From Candidatus Latescibacterota bacterium (GTDB lineage Bacteria > Latescibacterota > UBA2968 > UBA8231), in the NCBI GenBank assembly GCA_965197905.1, contig CBDAOB010000004.1:800001-864000 (forward strand): a stretch of DNA of 64,000 nucleotides. The letters run 5' to 3'. The notes below the pieces were generated by a model. The model saw only the letters and a list, made by a program, of their open reading frames with translations. It searched no databases and was not told the origin of the DNA. The position numbers were made by a program, and so were the translations under genes. Position 1 is the first letter of the stretch, and every line of letters begins with the position of its first letter. Of the stretch, positions 42,324-52,949 are shown piece by piece.

Positions 42324-43974
42324 CTAGCCACGAACCCGCAGCTGCGCTGCGTCAAGCACGACGGCAGAAGAGGCGGACTCGCCGCGGTTCTGCACCGCCA
42401 CGTCCAGCTGATTCTCACCGCGACGGATCTGCCCGGCATCGAGCTTGCCCTGCAGCCACTGACCTTCCTTGGGGTTTCGGTGCGGATCGGCCGGTTCCAG
42501 CCCATCGACAGCTGCGCCGTTGAGTTTCACCGAGAAGTCGTCACCGGGAACCCAATCCCACAGATGCAGGCTGAAATCGATGCTGGCCGATCCGACATCC
42601 TCGCCCACCTGAAAACCCGCGGACACCGGTAGGGTTACCTCTCGGACCTCGGAGAAGCTATTGGGGCCTGCGAAACGCTCGATGCCGTAGAGCTTGTCTT
42701 TTCCGGCCATGGTTGCCGTTTCGCCGATCTCGCGCCACCATTGCGGCTCGCCGAAAGCGGGATTGAAGATGTAGAGCCCATCGGCGCCGGCGTTGAACAG
42801 ATTCGAGGCGGCACCGCGCCAGGCGGGGAGTGTGCCCTCCCACCCGTTGAACACAAGGATGAACGACGGTTTGCCGGCGCGTTCGACCTGCCCCCCGTAG
42901 AGGGTCTCTACCCACGACCTGGACTCTCTGTATTTGCCATCGCTGAGGCCGAGAAAGGCCCAGCTATCTCAGAAGCCCCAGGACACACAGGGGTAGACCG
43001 GGACCTCGTATTTGTGTCCCAGGGCGATGATGTCGCTGTAGGAACTACAAAACACCGAGTCGTAGTTGCCGCCGGGCATGAGCTGGTCGATCAATCCCTC
43101 CGCCAGCCACGTTTCCAGGTCGACCCCGACATGGATCGAATCGGCGAGGTTGAACGGCGTGTGCGCCGCCAGCAGCAGTGGGCGGCCGCGGCGGTTGGCC
43201 TGCTCGTCCGCCATGCGCCGGATGCGCCGCAACAGATCATTCATCAGCTCCAGATGCTCCGGCTCGACGGGATTCCCCTCCAGCGATTCGCGGAAGAACG
43301 GGAAATACTTGAAGAACTCCATGCCGATACAGTCGACGTCGTAGTTCTGCGCCACTTCCTGAATGATGGAAAAGATGTACTCGCGCACTTCGGGAACGGC
43401 AAAGTCCAACCCTGTCCAATTCGCTTTGGGGCTGCCGCCGTATTTATCCCAATCGCCCTCTTTGCCCATCATGAATTCGGGATGCTCCTGTTTGAACGGA
43501 GCCAGACCGTAGGTCCATCGACGCGAACCGGGCGGAAAGGCGTCGTGGACATCGTTCATGCGCAGGGCCCAGACCGCCTCCATGCCGTGCTCGTGGCTGA
43601 AATCAAGCTGTATTTGCAAGGTGTCGCGACCGTACTTTTCCACCAATTCCAGCGGGATCCCCTTGCCGTAGAATCCGCCCAACTTCGTATGGTGCGAAAA
43701 GGTCGTAGAATCCGCCCAACTTCGTATGGTGCGAAAAGGTCAGACCCGCCATGCAAGGGGAGAACCAGTTGCTGTCCACCTGGGTGCCGATCAAGGGCGT
43801 GCTGCGGGCATCGAGAAAATCTTGTACCAGATCTCCGGTGGCGCGCACCGTCAGCGCTTCGGAAACGTCATACTCATGTTCCACTCCGGAGCGCGCTTCG
43901 ATTACATCGTCGCCGTCGTTGTTGTAAATGATCCGACGTTTCCGCCAGCGCGCCTTCAGTCGGTCTGCATCCAC
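42324..43974 (-). pseudogene. Family M GH-like protein (copy M2), several frameshifts
   Basis: Collinear with 54663-56296. Perfect 37-bp tandem duplication at 43667-43740 plus indels near 42965 and 42825. Confidence 0.82.
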
Positions 43975-44402
43975 GTCTTAATCTCCCCGTCCTTAGTCTC
44001 GCACCCAGAATAACAGAAACCCGAGTGTCTGATTCAAAGGTCTTTTGTTTTGCCTCTGGTGCCGGTTGCTACTTCGCCGCATGGTGATCTTCTTTCCGGC
44101 GAGATTGCCTGGTCGCCGGTGGCCTGCACCGCCTTCCGACGGCAGCATGCATATGTTGCTGCCGATGGCGTTCTCCACAATGGCCCTGGAAAAGGGCTGG
44201 GGAATCATCCATCCATTGAGCGACCAGATAGATATCCGGAGAGATCTCCGAATACGTCGTGATCTACGGTCCCAGAAACGAAGAGGAACTCCGAACGATC
44301 TGGATAATCGCTCAGGTCTCTTATACTTTGCGCGCGGCGTGAGTATGGAGAGTTCGACGGCGATCACACCCGCGAGCTTGGGCGAGGTTAAGGACAGCTG
44401 CG

Positions 44403-44457
44403 CTAGTGCTCTGGCACATCAATCCTTGTATTTCGCCGCCCATGCATCCCGGCTGGC
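44403..44457. repeat. One-ended relative of the 24318-24475 MITE
   Basis: CTAG...ATCCTTGTATTTCGCCGCCCATGCATCCCGGCTG matches the MITE arm in opposite orientation. Confidence 0.7.
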
Positions 44458-44657
44458 CACGTTAGCTCGTGAGGCGTCTCGCTTCAGCACCGTAGAGGAG
44501 GCGATCGCATGATTCGGCGTTCCCCGTCGAGCGGATCCTTTACGCCTGCCTCCCCAATCTCTTGTCCTCCTCGTTCAGCCACGCCTCGTACTCTCGCGGA
44601 GCCGGCCCCGGCTCCTCCGACCCGTGCCGGAGCATTTGACCGTCTAGCCGCACGTAG

Positions 44658-45503
44658 TCAAGGATGTGTTTCCAGCCCCGTGTGTTTCTTCACCAGCTCT
44701 TTCAATTCCGGTTTCTCTTTCATGGACGCGAGCTCGATCGTCTCCGGATCGAGCTCGATCCCGGCGGCGGCGGCATCCTTAAGTGCCTGGTCCATCTTTT
44801 CGTTGCTGTAGAACTGGGGCCGGAAGTTGAAGAACATCATGACCCGGTCGCGATCCTTGGGAAGCCAGGGAAGCGCTGCGTGATTCAGGCGCAACGGCAT
44901 GATGAGCATATCGCCCGCATTGGCGGTCACGTTGATGAATCCCAGCTTTTCGCGTTCTTGCGGATCTGTCGGGTGAGCATTCTTCTCGTAGAACAGCTCT
45001 GGCGGGTAAGTGAAGCTCGCCCGGTGAGCGCCCGGCACGACCAACAGACCTCCGTCCCCTGGGCGCACGTCGGTCAGGTAGACGAAGAAAGCGGCCCAAT
45101 CGCAATAGATTCTGCGGTGTACCACATCCGTATAGAACCGGGGTGCATCCTCGTGCATTTCACGGAGAATGTCCTTGCGCAAATGGAAGTTGTGGAAGCC
45201 GTGGTCCGAATTCTGCACCATCAGGGTGCCGTCGATGACGCGGGGCATGTTGTTGGTTAGATGACAGGCGTAATCGAGAACCCGGGGGGCGTAGGTGATC
45301 TGCTCCAGAACTTTGTCGTGGAGAAAAGCGTTTCGGTACTTGTCCCCGTAGCCGTCTCCCTTCTCCCCGGCGAGGAGGTGCTCGCATTCGTTGACGATGC
45401 GATCGGCGCTCTTCTTTGCCTGCGCCACGGTCTCCGCGTCCAGGACGTTCTCCACTCTCAAGAATCCAAGAGTATCTAACAAGTACAGCTCTTCCTCGGT
45501 CAT
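44658..45503 (-). CDS. PhyH-family dioxygenase
   Basis: GFLRVENVL, YLTDV, GGLLVVPGAH, AGDMLI, LNH. Confidence 0.85.
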   Translation of the reverse strand: MTEEELYLLDTLGFLRVENVLDAETVAQAKKSADRIVNECEHLLAGEKGDGYGDKYRNAFLHDKVLEQITYAPRVLDYACHLTNNMPRVIDGTLMVQNSDHGFHNFHLRKDILREMHEDAPRFYTDVVHRRIYCDWAAFFVYLTDVRPGDGGLLVVPGAHRASFTYPPELFYEKNAHPTDPQEREKLGFINVTANAGDMLIMPLRLNHAALPWLPKDRDRVMMFFNFRPQFYSNEKMDQALKDAAAAGIELDPETIELASMKEKPELKELVKKHTGLETHP

Positions 45504-45777
45504 CGCTCACCTACCTTGTTTATGGGATTGACTGACTGAAAGCTGAGTGCGCACGACATCACCTCACGTGATGGCATTCGGACCCTGCTGATTCTGGTGA
45601 AAACTGAAAAGGATCGGTGTCGAGCACAAGGTCAAGGCGGCCGCCGGTCCGACCAGAGGGGACGATCGATTCGGCGCCCCCACAATGATTGACATGGCCA
45701 AACTGGGGCGATACCGTTGACCCAACGGTAACAACCCCCGGGCTAATTGGCTTGGCGCCTGCATAGAGAGGAATGTC

Positions 45778-46662
45778 ATGAAAGTCCGCATTGCCACCTG
45801 CCAACACCCCGTGAGTGGCAATCTCCGGCGAGACTGTGATGTCATGTTGCGCTTGATGGAGAACTCCGCCGATGAGGGTGCGCATATTACTCATTTCTGC
45901 GAGTGTGGCCTCGGCGGTTATGCCGGAGCTGATATCCCCAACTTTGGTCGATACGACTGGGAAAAGGACCTGCAGTGCAAACGGATTTTGGCCGAACAGG
46001 CGCGCTCGCTGCGTATATGGCTCGCTTTCGGCGGCAATCATTTCTTGAGCGACAAGCTGCTGCCCCACAACAGCGTATTCATTGTGAATCCCCGGGGAAA
46101 ACTGGTCGATCGTTACGACAAGATCGTCCGGGTTATCAATCCCAAAGAGATTGGCAGCTCGGACGGCGGCGACGAGAAATTCTATTCAAACGGCACCCAG
46201 ACGGTGGTCTTCGACGTCAAAGGCGTAAGGTTTGGGGTCCTGATCTGTGCCGATTTCCGCAAACCTCAGCTCTATCAGCACTACAAATCGATCGGCGTGG
46301 AGGTGATGTTGCACTCGTACCACAATGGAGGTCAGGATCCGAAATATCTCCGCCGCATGAAGAACGTCTGGAGGGACATCGTACCGGCTACCATGCAGTT
46401 TTTCGCTTCGAACAACGACATGTGGATCAGCGTCCCCAACACCTCCCGCCGCCAGAGTTGCTGGCCATCATTCTTCGTGACGCCTGACGGAGTCGTCGAC
46501 GGCAAACTACCCCTGCACAAGACCGGAATCCTGATTTCCGAGGTGGATACGAAGAAGTGGTACTACCGCGTCCCCCATCTCGAACACACCCCGATAACCC
46601 AGCTCTATCGAACCCCGTATGTAAGAAGGGCGAAACGCTCCAGTTGCCGCACGGAGTTCTAG
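45778..46662 (+). CDS. Carbon-nitrogen hydrolase (nitrilase superfamily)
   Basis: E-K-C triad contexts HFCEC, RYDK, GVLICAD. Confidence 0.88.
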   Translation: MKVRIATCQHPVSGNLRRDCDVMLRLMENSADEGAHITHFCECGLGGYAGADIPNFGRYDWEKDLQCKRILAEQARSLRIWLAFGGNHFLSDKLLPHNSVFIVNPRGKLVDRYDKIVRVINPKEIGSSDGGDEKFYSNGTQTVVFDVKGVRFGVLICADFRKPQLYQHYKSIGVEVMLHSYHNGGQDPKYLRRMKNVWRDIVPATMQFFASNNDMWISVPNTSRRQSCWPSFFVTPDGVVDGKLPLHKTGILISEVDTKKWYYRVPHLEHTPITQLYRTPYVRRAKRSSCRTEF

Positions 46663-46703
46663 CGATCGCCTGGACGGTTGGCCGTGACCTGGCGGCGGCG
46701 CAG

Positions 46704-46802
46704 TCAGCGAACGCGCAGCTGCGCTTCGATCACGTCGTCGCCGTCGTTGTTGTAAATGATCCAACGTTTCCGCCAGCGCGCTTTCAGTCGGTCTGCATCC
46801 AT
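46704..46802 (-). pseudogene. Collapsed (head+tail, in-frame) family M minigene, 32 aa
   Basis: MDADRLKARWRKRWIIYNNDGDDVIEA+QLRVR*. Keeps the same upstream sequence AACCGAGGGCGAGGAGATTGAGAC as the gene at 56296. Confidence 0.9.
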
Positions 46803-46824
46803 GTCTCAATCTCCTCGCCCTCGG

Positions 46825-47286
46825 TTATGTGGATCTGGTAGTACTCGCCGGCTGGAAAAGTTCCATGCTGATGCCGTCCGGATCTTCCATATACACGCCC
46901 CAGGCCCCCTTGTTCACACCCGCAGTGATCTCGACGGGCGACGAGCGAAATTTCACGCCCGCGGCGCGCAATTCCTCATAGGCCGCCTGTAAATCATCCA
47001 CCACAAAAGCCACGTGCGAACTCCCCACATTATTGGTGCGCACATCGGCCGCCTGCCCCTTGGGCACCGCGTATTCGAACAGTTCGATGACGTGGTCCGA
47101 GCCGGCAATGCGCAGATGTGCCGCTTCCACCACGCAGTCGGGAAAAGCGACGATGTCGCGGAAGTACTGATTGTCGATGCGGCGCTGCCAGAGCACTTCG
47201 CAACCCAGCAAACCCACATAGAATTCGAGCGAGCGTTCGAGATTGGCCACTGTATAACTCGTGTGGTGCGCACCGACGACTTTCAT
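46825..47286 (-). CDS. VOC/glyoxalase family protein
   Basis: HHTSYTV, IELFEY, HVAFVV, DPDGISMEL; GAGGAGG RBS. Confidence 0.9.
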   Translation of the reverse strand: MKVVGAHHTSYTVANLERSLEFYVGLLGCEVLWQRRIDNQYFRDIVAFPDCVVEAAHLRIAGSDHVIELFEYAVPKGQAADVRTNNVGSSHVAFVVDDLQAAYEELRAAGVKFRSSPVEITAGVNKGAWGVYMEDPDGISMELFQPASTTRST

Positions 47287-47297
47287 ATTCCTCCTCT

Positions 47298-48065
47298 TCA
47301 GAAAAGCTGATACGCCCCCCAGCCGCCGTCCACCCGCAGCACTTCCCCCACGATGTAGGAAGCTTCGTCGCTGGCCAGATAGAGCACGGCTTCGGCAATC
47401 TCCTGCGCCGTGCCCAACCGCCGCATGGGGGTGCGACGCTCGTACATCTCCAGCGAGGCGGTGCCTTCGGCCAGGCCTTTCTCGACCATTTCGGTCAACA
47501 CCACACCGGGCGCCAGCCCCACCACCCGCACACCGCGATCTGCCCACTCGATGCCCAACGCCTGCGTGAGCATGATCAGAACCTTGGCCGCACTGTAAGC
47601 CGCCCGTCCCTCAACGGCGAGATATCCGTTGACCGAGGCCATATTGACGATGATGCCCCACCCGCGCGCCAGCATCGGCCGGGATACCGCCTGGGCGCAG
47701 TAGAATGCGCCCGAAAGCATCACCGCCACACTGTCATCCCATTGCTCGGGCGGTAAATCCTCGGCCGCTCCCTTGTAGGCCACCCCTGCGTTATTCACCC
47801 ACACATCGATCTGCCCGCGCTCATCGACCAGTTGCTCCACCAGAGCGAGACTCTGCTCCGGCTTGCGCACATCCAGGGCGGCAAATTCGGCTTCCAGCCC
47901 CTCGCCGCGTAACAGCTCCGCTGCTGCTGCGCCGCGCTCAATGTCGATCTCGGCCAGCACCACATAAGCTCCGTCACGCCCGAAATAGCGGCCGATCTCC
48001 AGGCCCAGACCGCGCCCGCCTCCCGTGACTACCACCGTCTGCCCGGCGAACCTCACCTCACCCAT
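47298..48065 (-). CDS. SDR oxidoreductase
   Basis: [17 protein letters not shown]. Confidence 0.92.
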   Translation of the reverse strand: MGEVRFAGQTVVVTGGGRGLGLEIGRYFGRDGAYVVLAEIDIERGAAAAELLRGEGLEAEFAALDVRKPEQSLALVEQLVDERGQIDVWVNNAGVAYKGAAEDLPPEQWDDSVAVMLSGAFYCAQAVSRPMLARGWGIIVNMASVNGYLAVEGRAAYSAAKVLIMLTQALGIEWADRGVRVVGLAPGVVLTEMVEKGLAEGTASLEMYERRTPMRRLGTAQEIAEAVLYLASDEASYIVGEVLRVDGGWGAYQLF

Positions 48066-48858
48066 CGGAGGCCGCCTCCGGAAAACCGACCGCGTTCAAA
48101 TTGCCCCACGGCACCCAACCCCCGTCTACTCGCAGATTCTCACCGGTGACGTAACTAGAGCGGTCCGAAGCCAGGAAGAGCACCGCGTCGGCCACCTCCT
48201 GCACCTGCGCCAAACGGCCCAGCGGTACGCGCCTGGCATAGGCCTCAAGGCTCACGTGTCCCTGGCGCACGGCCGCTTCGATCATCTCCGTGTGCACCAC
48301 CCCCGGGGACACGCAATTCAGGCGAATATTGTACTGCGCCCACTCGGAGGCCAGCACCTCGGTGAGCACCAGCACGCCTCCTTTGGCGGCGTTGTAGGCC
48401 GAGCGCATGGGCCAGCCACCCATGCCGCCTATGGATGCGATGTTGACTACGGTGCCACTGCGCTGCGGGATCATGGCCGCCCGCGCGACCGCCTGCATCA
48501 TCAGGAACGGGCCGGTGAGTAGCACGTCGATCTGCAGGCGCCAGTCCTCCTCCGGCATGTCTTCCGACTTGTGCAGCGCAAAGACGCCGGCATTGTTGAC
48601 CAACACGTCGATGCGTCCGTGCTCGTCCATCACCTGCTCGGCCAGTGCGACGCACGAATCGGACCTGGCCACATCGAGCCCGATGGCCTGGGCGCGAACG
48701 CCCTGTTCTTCAAGTTGGGCGGCGGTCTCGGCCCCCTGGTCGAAATCCAATTCGCCGATGACCACCCTGGCGCCTTCGCGGCCGAAGGTTTCAGCGATGC
48801 TCCGACCAATGCCGCGTCCACCGCCGGTGACGATTGCCACGCGATCTTCTAATAACAC
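48058..48858 (-). CDS. SDR oxidoreductase
   Basis: [20 protein letters not shown] start at 48858. Confidence 0.92.
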   Translation of the reverse strand: MLLEDRVAIVTGGGRGIGRSIAETFGREGARVVIGELDFDQGAETAAQLEEQGVRAQAIGLDVARSDSCVALAEQVMDEHGRIDVLVNNAGVFALHKSEDMPEEDWRLQIDVLLTGPFLMMQAVARAAMIPQRSGTVVNIASIGGMGGWPMRSAYNAAKGGVLVLTEVLASEWAQYNIRLNCVSPGVVHTEMIEAAVRQGHVSLEAYARRVPLGRLAQVQEVADAVLFLASDRSSYVTGENLRVDGGWVPWGNLNAVGFPEAASDG

Positions 48859-48949
48859 CGTTGCGCTCCCTTCTCCTGTGCGTCCCGTGTCGATAGCTCG
48901 CCGCGAAGCGATGGAAGCTGAATGGGGTGACGCCGATCCGAAACTCCGC

Positions 48950-49705
48950 TCACGCGCTAGCCGCTTCCACGGCCGCCAAGGCACGCTCGCACAACGCCGC
49001 GACCGGACCCGTAGACCAGCCCAGCCAACCGTTGAGTGATCGCTCCTCTCCGAGCTCCAGGCGCTCCGCCATCGGACTACAGTGGACGCAATTCAAGGCC
49101 GGATCGGTATTTCCGCAGTATTCGTTGTGGGTCTCCCACGCCATTGCAGTCGCACCACCGGTGGTGGCTTCCACCGCGATCACCGACGGGCCGGTATCCG
49201 CATCGGGCATGCTCAGAAACGACGACTTGTCGGGGTCGTGATGGTCGTGGCACTCCGCCTTGATGCCGTCGGTGGCGACGTTCTTGAGATTTCCGCCGAC
49301 CCAGCAGTAGGTGCGGTCCCCCATCTGATCCAGGAAGGTGTTCGCTTCCGCTAGCTGATAGCAGGTTCCCACCGTGATCTGTTCCAATGCCCGGTCGGAG
49401 GTGTTTACCAAATCGTACCGCGGAACGAGATGATCCTCGCCGATCTCGACGACCGCGTCGAGCCGAAGAGTATCTCCATCGACCAGTCGTGAGCGCAGCA
49501 CCTTGCCATTCTCCTCGGTGCTCCATTCCATAGGACCGGAACGAGCCTGACGGTAGATCGAAGCATCCTTGTCGCCGGCCTTTTCCGGTATCCAGAGACG
49601 AAAGGCCTGAGAAGGGAACGCGTCCACGGAAATCTGCAGCACCGACATCTGTAGCGGCGGATAGAGCACCAGCGGCAACGTCCTAGGGGCGACGGAAACG
49701 TACAT
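48950..49705 (-). CDS. Hypothetical protein whose first codons copy those of gene 52149-52943
   Basis: 24-bp identity between 49686-49709 and 52924-52947. Alternative ATG at 49648. Confidence 0.65.
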   Translation of the reverse strand: MYVSVAPRTLPLVLYPPLQMSVLQISVDAFPSQAFRLWIPEKAGDKDASIYRQARSGPMEWSTEENGKVLRSRLVDGDTLRLDAVVEIGEDHLVPRYDLVNTSDRALEQITVGTCYQLAEANTFLDQMGDRTYCWVGGNLKNVATDGIKAECHDHHDPDKSSFLSMPDADTGPSVIAVEATTGGATAMAWETHNEYCGNTDPALNCVHCSPMAERLELGEERSLNGWLGWSTGPVAALCERALAAVEAASA

Positions 49706-49881
49706 GACTTGGTTTTGTTGGGCCGTTCAGATAATCATCAGAACGATGCCCATAAGGACGAAAGTGGGTATCGGGTTCAAAGTAAACAGCGCGAATACGA
49801 ACATAGTGGTGTGCGTCAGAAACTCCCTATCATTCAGTGCTCACCCTCTTCACCTTCCGCACTCAGCTGTCTTCGGGCGGC

Positions 49882-52131
49882 TTACCGCACCAGCGCCAGC
49901 TTGCGGGTTTCCACCTGCGCTCCGGCTCTCAATCTGAGCAGGTAAATCCCACTAGCCAGGGTGCGGCCGCGGGCGTCCCGACCATTCCAACGCACCGTAT
50001 GGACTCCAGCCCCTCGCGTCGCCTGCGCCAGTTGTACCACCTTCTGCCCCGCTAGATTGTGCAGCGCCAGCTCGATCTCACTCGGCCTTTGCAGTGCAAA
50101 TCGAATAACCGTTTCACTGTTGAACGGATTGGGGTAGTTCTGCTCCAGGGTGAAGATCTGTAGCGGCGTTGGTGTGCCCTCTTCTTGCACGCTAGTTGTT
50201 GCTGGAGGAGGTAACGCGGCCGCAACCAGGCGCATATCGTCCAGAAAAAATGTTCCTTGCAGCCTCCCCGTGAAACCAATAGAGGTGATTACATCCAAGC
50301 TCAGAAAATCCATTGGCATCTGTACGAGCTGCCACTCCCTATTGTTCATATCTAGAGCAATGCCCTCCCGACTACCGTTCAACAGGCGCACCAATTTTCC
50401 GTTCACGGCTAGGTTGAGTTCCGTGTCACCGAACGACGGTGCCGCTACATCTCCTGGGTGAAAAGCGAAACGCAGGGAGTATCCGAAAGGATCTGTAGGT
50501 TCCATGAGTTCATAGAGCACGCGAAACGCGCCATTGATATTCCCGAATGCCAGCGCCGAAGCGCCCTGGTGAGCAAACGTGTCCTCTTGGACATGCAGCT
50601 CCACGCCGGAGATACGGTTTGTCTGCCAGCGATCTGTCAAAACATCTTCAAAGATTACCAGGTCCTCGACTGGGAGAATGTGAAAGGGTAGTCTGTAGGG
50701 GTATATGCGACTTCGATCATCTTCTAACTGCACTTGTATTCGATGCTTCCCGCTGTGCACTCCTAGGGGCACTCGAAAATGCCCGGTATATACGCCGTCT
50801 CCGCCCGCTGCATCGCCCCCCGTCCCTTTATCGAACAACAACCATTCGTCTGCCTGGTCTACGCTCAAGAATCGGGCGGCAACCCGGGTGATCTCGCCGA
50901 TAATCCCGCGGGGCGATCTAGCCGTCGTCGCCGCGACCGTTATCCTGTCCGTTCGACCCACAACCGTAGAATCCGCACTAAGCGACACCTGCCTAATCGC
51001 GTGCGACGGCTCATTAAAGCGAAGCGCCAGCAAGCCAGACTGGCCAAGGCCACCGAAGACCTGCCCGTTATCCGCCACATAGATTAAGCCGTTGGTATGG
51101 GGCTGAGCACTCCAGGCGCCACGGGTGACGAAGTATGCGATCTCCACCGGCCGCTCCGGCGTAAAAAGGTCGAAAATGCGCACCCCGGCATCGTAATACG
51201 CCCAGTAGAGTAGGTGGTTCTGGATATACGGGTTGTGCGGGCCCTCTACTTCGCCCAGCGGAGGCGGTTCAGCGCGAAACACACCCATCCTCGTGGGGTG
51301 ACGTGGATCGGTCGCGTCGATGATGTGCAGGGCGCGTTCCCAGCCGCCACTTTCCTGGTTGCAGTAAACCAATCCCTCCTCCATCCAGGCGCTGTGCAGC
51401 CCTTCGACGATCGGCAAGGACGACAGGGTAAGCGGACGGTCTGGATCAGCAAGGTCCAGAATGGCGAGACCGCCAGTTCCGGGTCCCAGGTCGTTGACGA
51501 CGCTGAGGAAGGCCGTATCGTCGCGGATAAACACATCGTGGACGAAACTACTGAAACCTTCGACGTCGCTGCTCCAGAAGCCCGATGCAAACGGCTGCCT
51601 GGGGTCCGAGATATCCAGAACGGTTAGCCCCGCTATGGCGACGTGCGCCAAATAGGCCCGTTCCCTATAAAGGAAGAGGTTGTGCACCCCGCCGGGTGCC
51701 GAGAAATGCGATAGGATCTCAGGATCAGAGGGTTTGGAGATATCGACCAACACCACCTCACCTCCGAATCCGCTGCTGTCGCCTGCTCCTTGCGTTCCGA
51801 TAGCAGCCAGATTCCCGCTGACCTTTACATCGAGCGCGGCCGCATCCGACACAGTCAACACCGTGTCCAAACGCATGGCCTGCGGATGTGAGATGTCGAC
51901 GACATGCAGGGAGCCCCGCCGCCAGCTGCCGACATAGGCATGATTGTCCACGACATACAGGTCGGCCACGGCGTCTAGTAAAATGCTGTCCACCATGGTC
52001 ATATTGAGGGCATTGCCGGGGTCCCGCTCACCCGTGTGCCCATCGTGTGGTTCAGCGGTGCTGGCTAGAACCAGACTGACGCAGGCAGAAACACACCTCA
52101 CGGGACCTAGTGGCCTCGATAGATCCCGCAT
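49882..52131 (-). CDS. Secreted LVIVD-repeat protein with FlgD/T9SS-type C-terminal domain
   Basis: Signal peptide, repeated LxVxDISDP units, LEQNYPNPFN...GIYLLRL...TRKLALVR. Confidence 0.88.
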   Translation of the reverse strand: MRDLSRPLGPVRCVSACVSLVLASTAEPHDGHTGERDPGNALNMTMVDSILLDAVADLYVVDNHAYVGSWRRGSLHVVDISHPQAMRLDTVLTVSDAAALDVKVSGNLAAIGTQGAGDSSGFGGEVVLVDISKPSDPEILSHFSAPGGVHNLFLYRERAYLAHVAIAGLTVLDISDPRQPFASGFWSSDVEGFSSFVHDVFIRDDTAFLSVVNDLGPGTGGLAILDLADPDRPLTLSSLPIVEGLHSAWMEEGLVYCNQESGGWERALHIIDATDPRHPTRMGVFRAEPPPLGEVEGPHNPYIQNHLLYWAYYDAGVRIFDLFTPERPVEIAYFVTRGAWSAQPHTNGLIYVADNGQVFGGLGQSGLLALRFNEPSHAIRQVSLSADSTVVGRTDRITVAATTARSPRGIIGEITRVAARFLSVDQADEWLLFDKGTGGDAAGGDGVYTGHFRVPLGVHSGKHRIQVQLEDDRSRIYPYRLPFHILPVEDLVIFEDVLTDRWQTNRISGVELHVQEDTFAHQGASALAFGNINGAFRVLYELMEPTDPFGYSLRFAFHPGDVAAPSFGDTELNLAVNGKLVRLLNGSREGIALDMNNREWQLVQMPMDFLSLDVITSIGFTGRLQGTFFLDDMRLVAAALPPPATTSVQEEGTPTPLQIFTLEQNYPNPFNSETVIRFALQRPSEIELALHNLAGQKVVQLAQATRGAGVHTVRWNGRDARGRTLASGIYLLRLRAGAQVETRKLALVR

Positions 52132-52148
52132 GTTAGACGGCCAAGGAT

Positions 52149-52943
52149 CTATTCCATGATCAGCGTTTCGAACCAGTCTCGTATCCTGATCTTGTCGGCC
52201 TCGTTACCGAAACCAAGGTTGTACCAACCCTGATAACCTCCGCTTTCGAGTCTTTCGAATAGCGACGGGAAGTCGATAGTGCCTTCACCAGGAACCAGAT
52301 GGATCTCATACTCGCCGGTGTTGTCGTTGACCCGAACCTGGCCGATGTTGTCGGTCCCGAAGGCGTCGAGGAAACTGGACCATCCTTGGGGTACGAGATG
52401 ACCATGGGCGACGTTGAAAGCCCATTTGAAGTTGGGGGCTTCGATCTCGTCGAGGAACCAGTGCATTTCCTCAACGTTGTGCGGGATATAATGAATTTCG
52501 GCGAGGTCGGGTTCTTTGTTGTGGTTCTCGAAGTAGACCATCTTGCCCAGCTTATCAGCCCGATCCACGAGTCTCTTGATGCGGTCGACCGCGGCCTGCC
52601 GGCGAAGCTCAGTGTCGCCGAAATGATAGCCGCCGTGACCGATGATCCAGCCGGCGCCGATCGCCTCGGCCAACTGCAGGTTCGCTTCCAGGTAATCATC
52701 GACGGCTTCCGACATGATGGGGACGTATTCCGCGTTGTTGATCGCTGAAACAGGATGGACACCTATCTGGAGCTCCGTTTCCTCCAGGAGGGCACGCGCC
52801 TTCGAAGCACGTGCTTTGCCAAATGAGGCGATGTCGTTCGGCGCATTGTCAGCGTTGAAATCGATGAATTTGAAGCCGTTGTCAGCACCCCACTCGATTG
52901 ACCTTTCGATGGGAAGGTCTTTGGGGGCGACGGAAACGTACAT
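52149..52943 (-). CDS. Sugar-phosphate isomerase/epimerase family TIM barrel
   Basis: HGG, FENH, NVAH, VNDN, HLVPGEGTIDF. Confidence 0.85.
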   Translation of the reverse strand: MYVSVAPKDLPIERSIEWGADNGFKFIDFNADNAPNDIASFGKARASKARALLEETELQIGVHPVSAINNAEYVPIMSEAVDDYLEANLQLAEAIGAGWIIGHGGYHFGDTELRRQAAVDRIKRLVDRADKLGKMVYFENHNKEPDLAEIHYIPHNVEEMHWFLDEIEAPNFKWAFNVAHGHLVPQGWSSFLDAFGTDNIGQVRVNDNTGEYEIHLVPGEGTIDFPSLFERLESGGYQGWYNLGFGNEADKIRIRDWFETLIME

Positions 52944-52949
52944 GACTCC

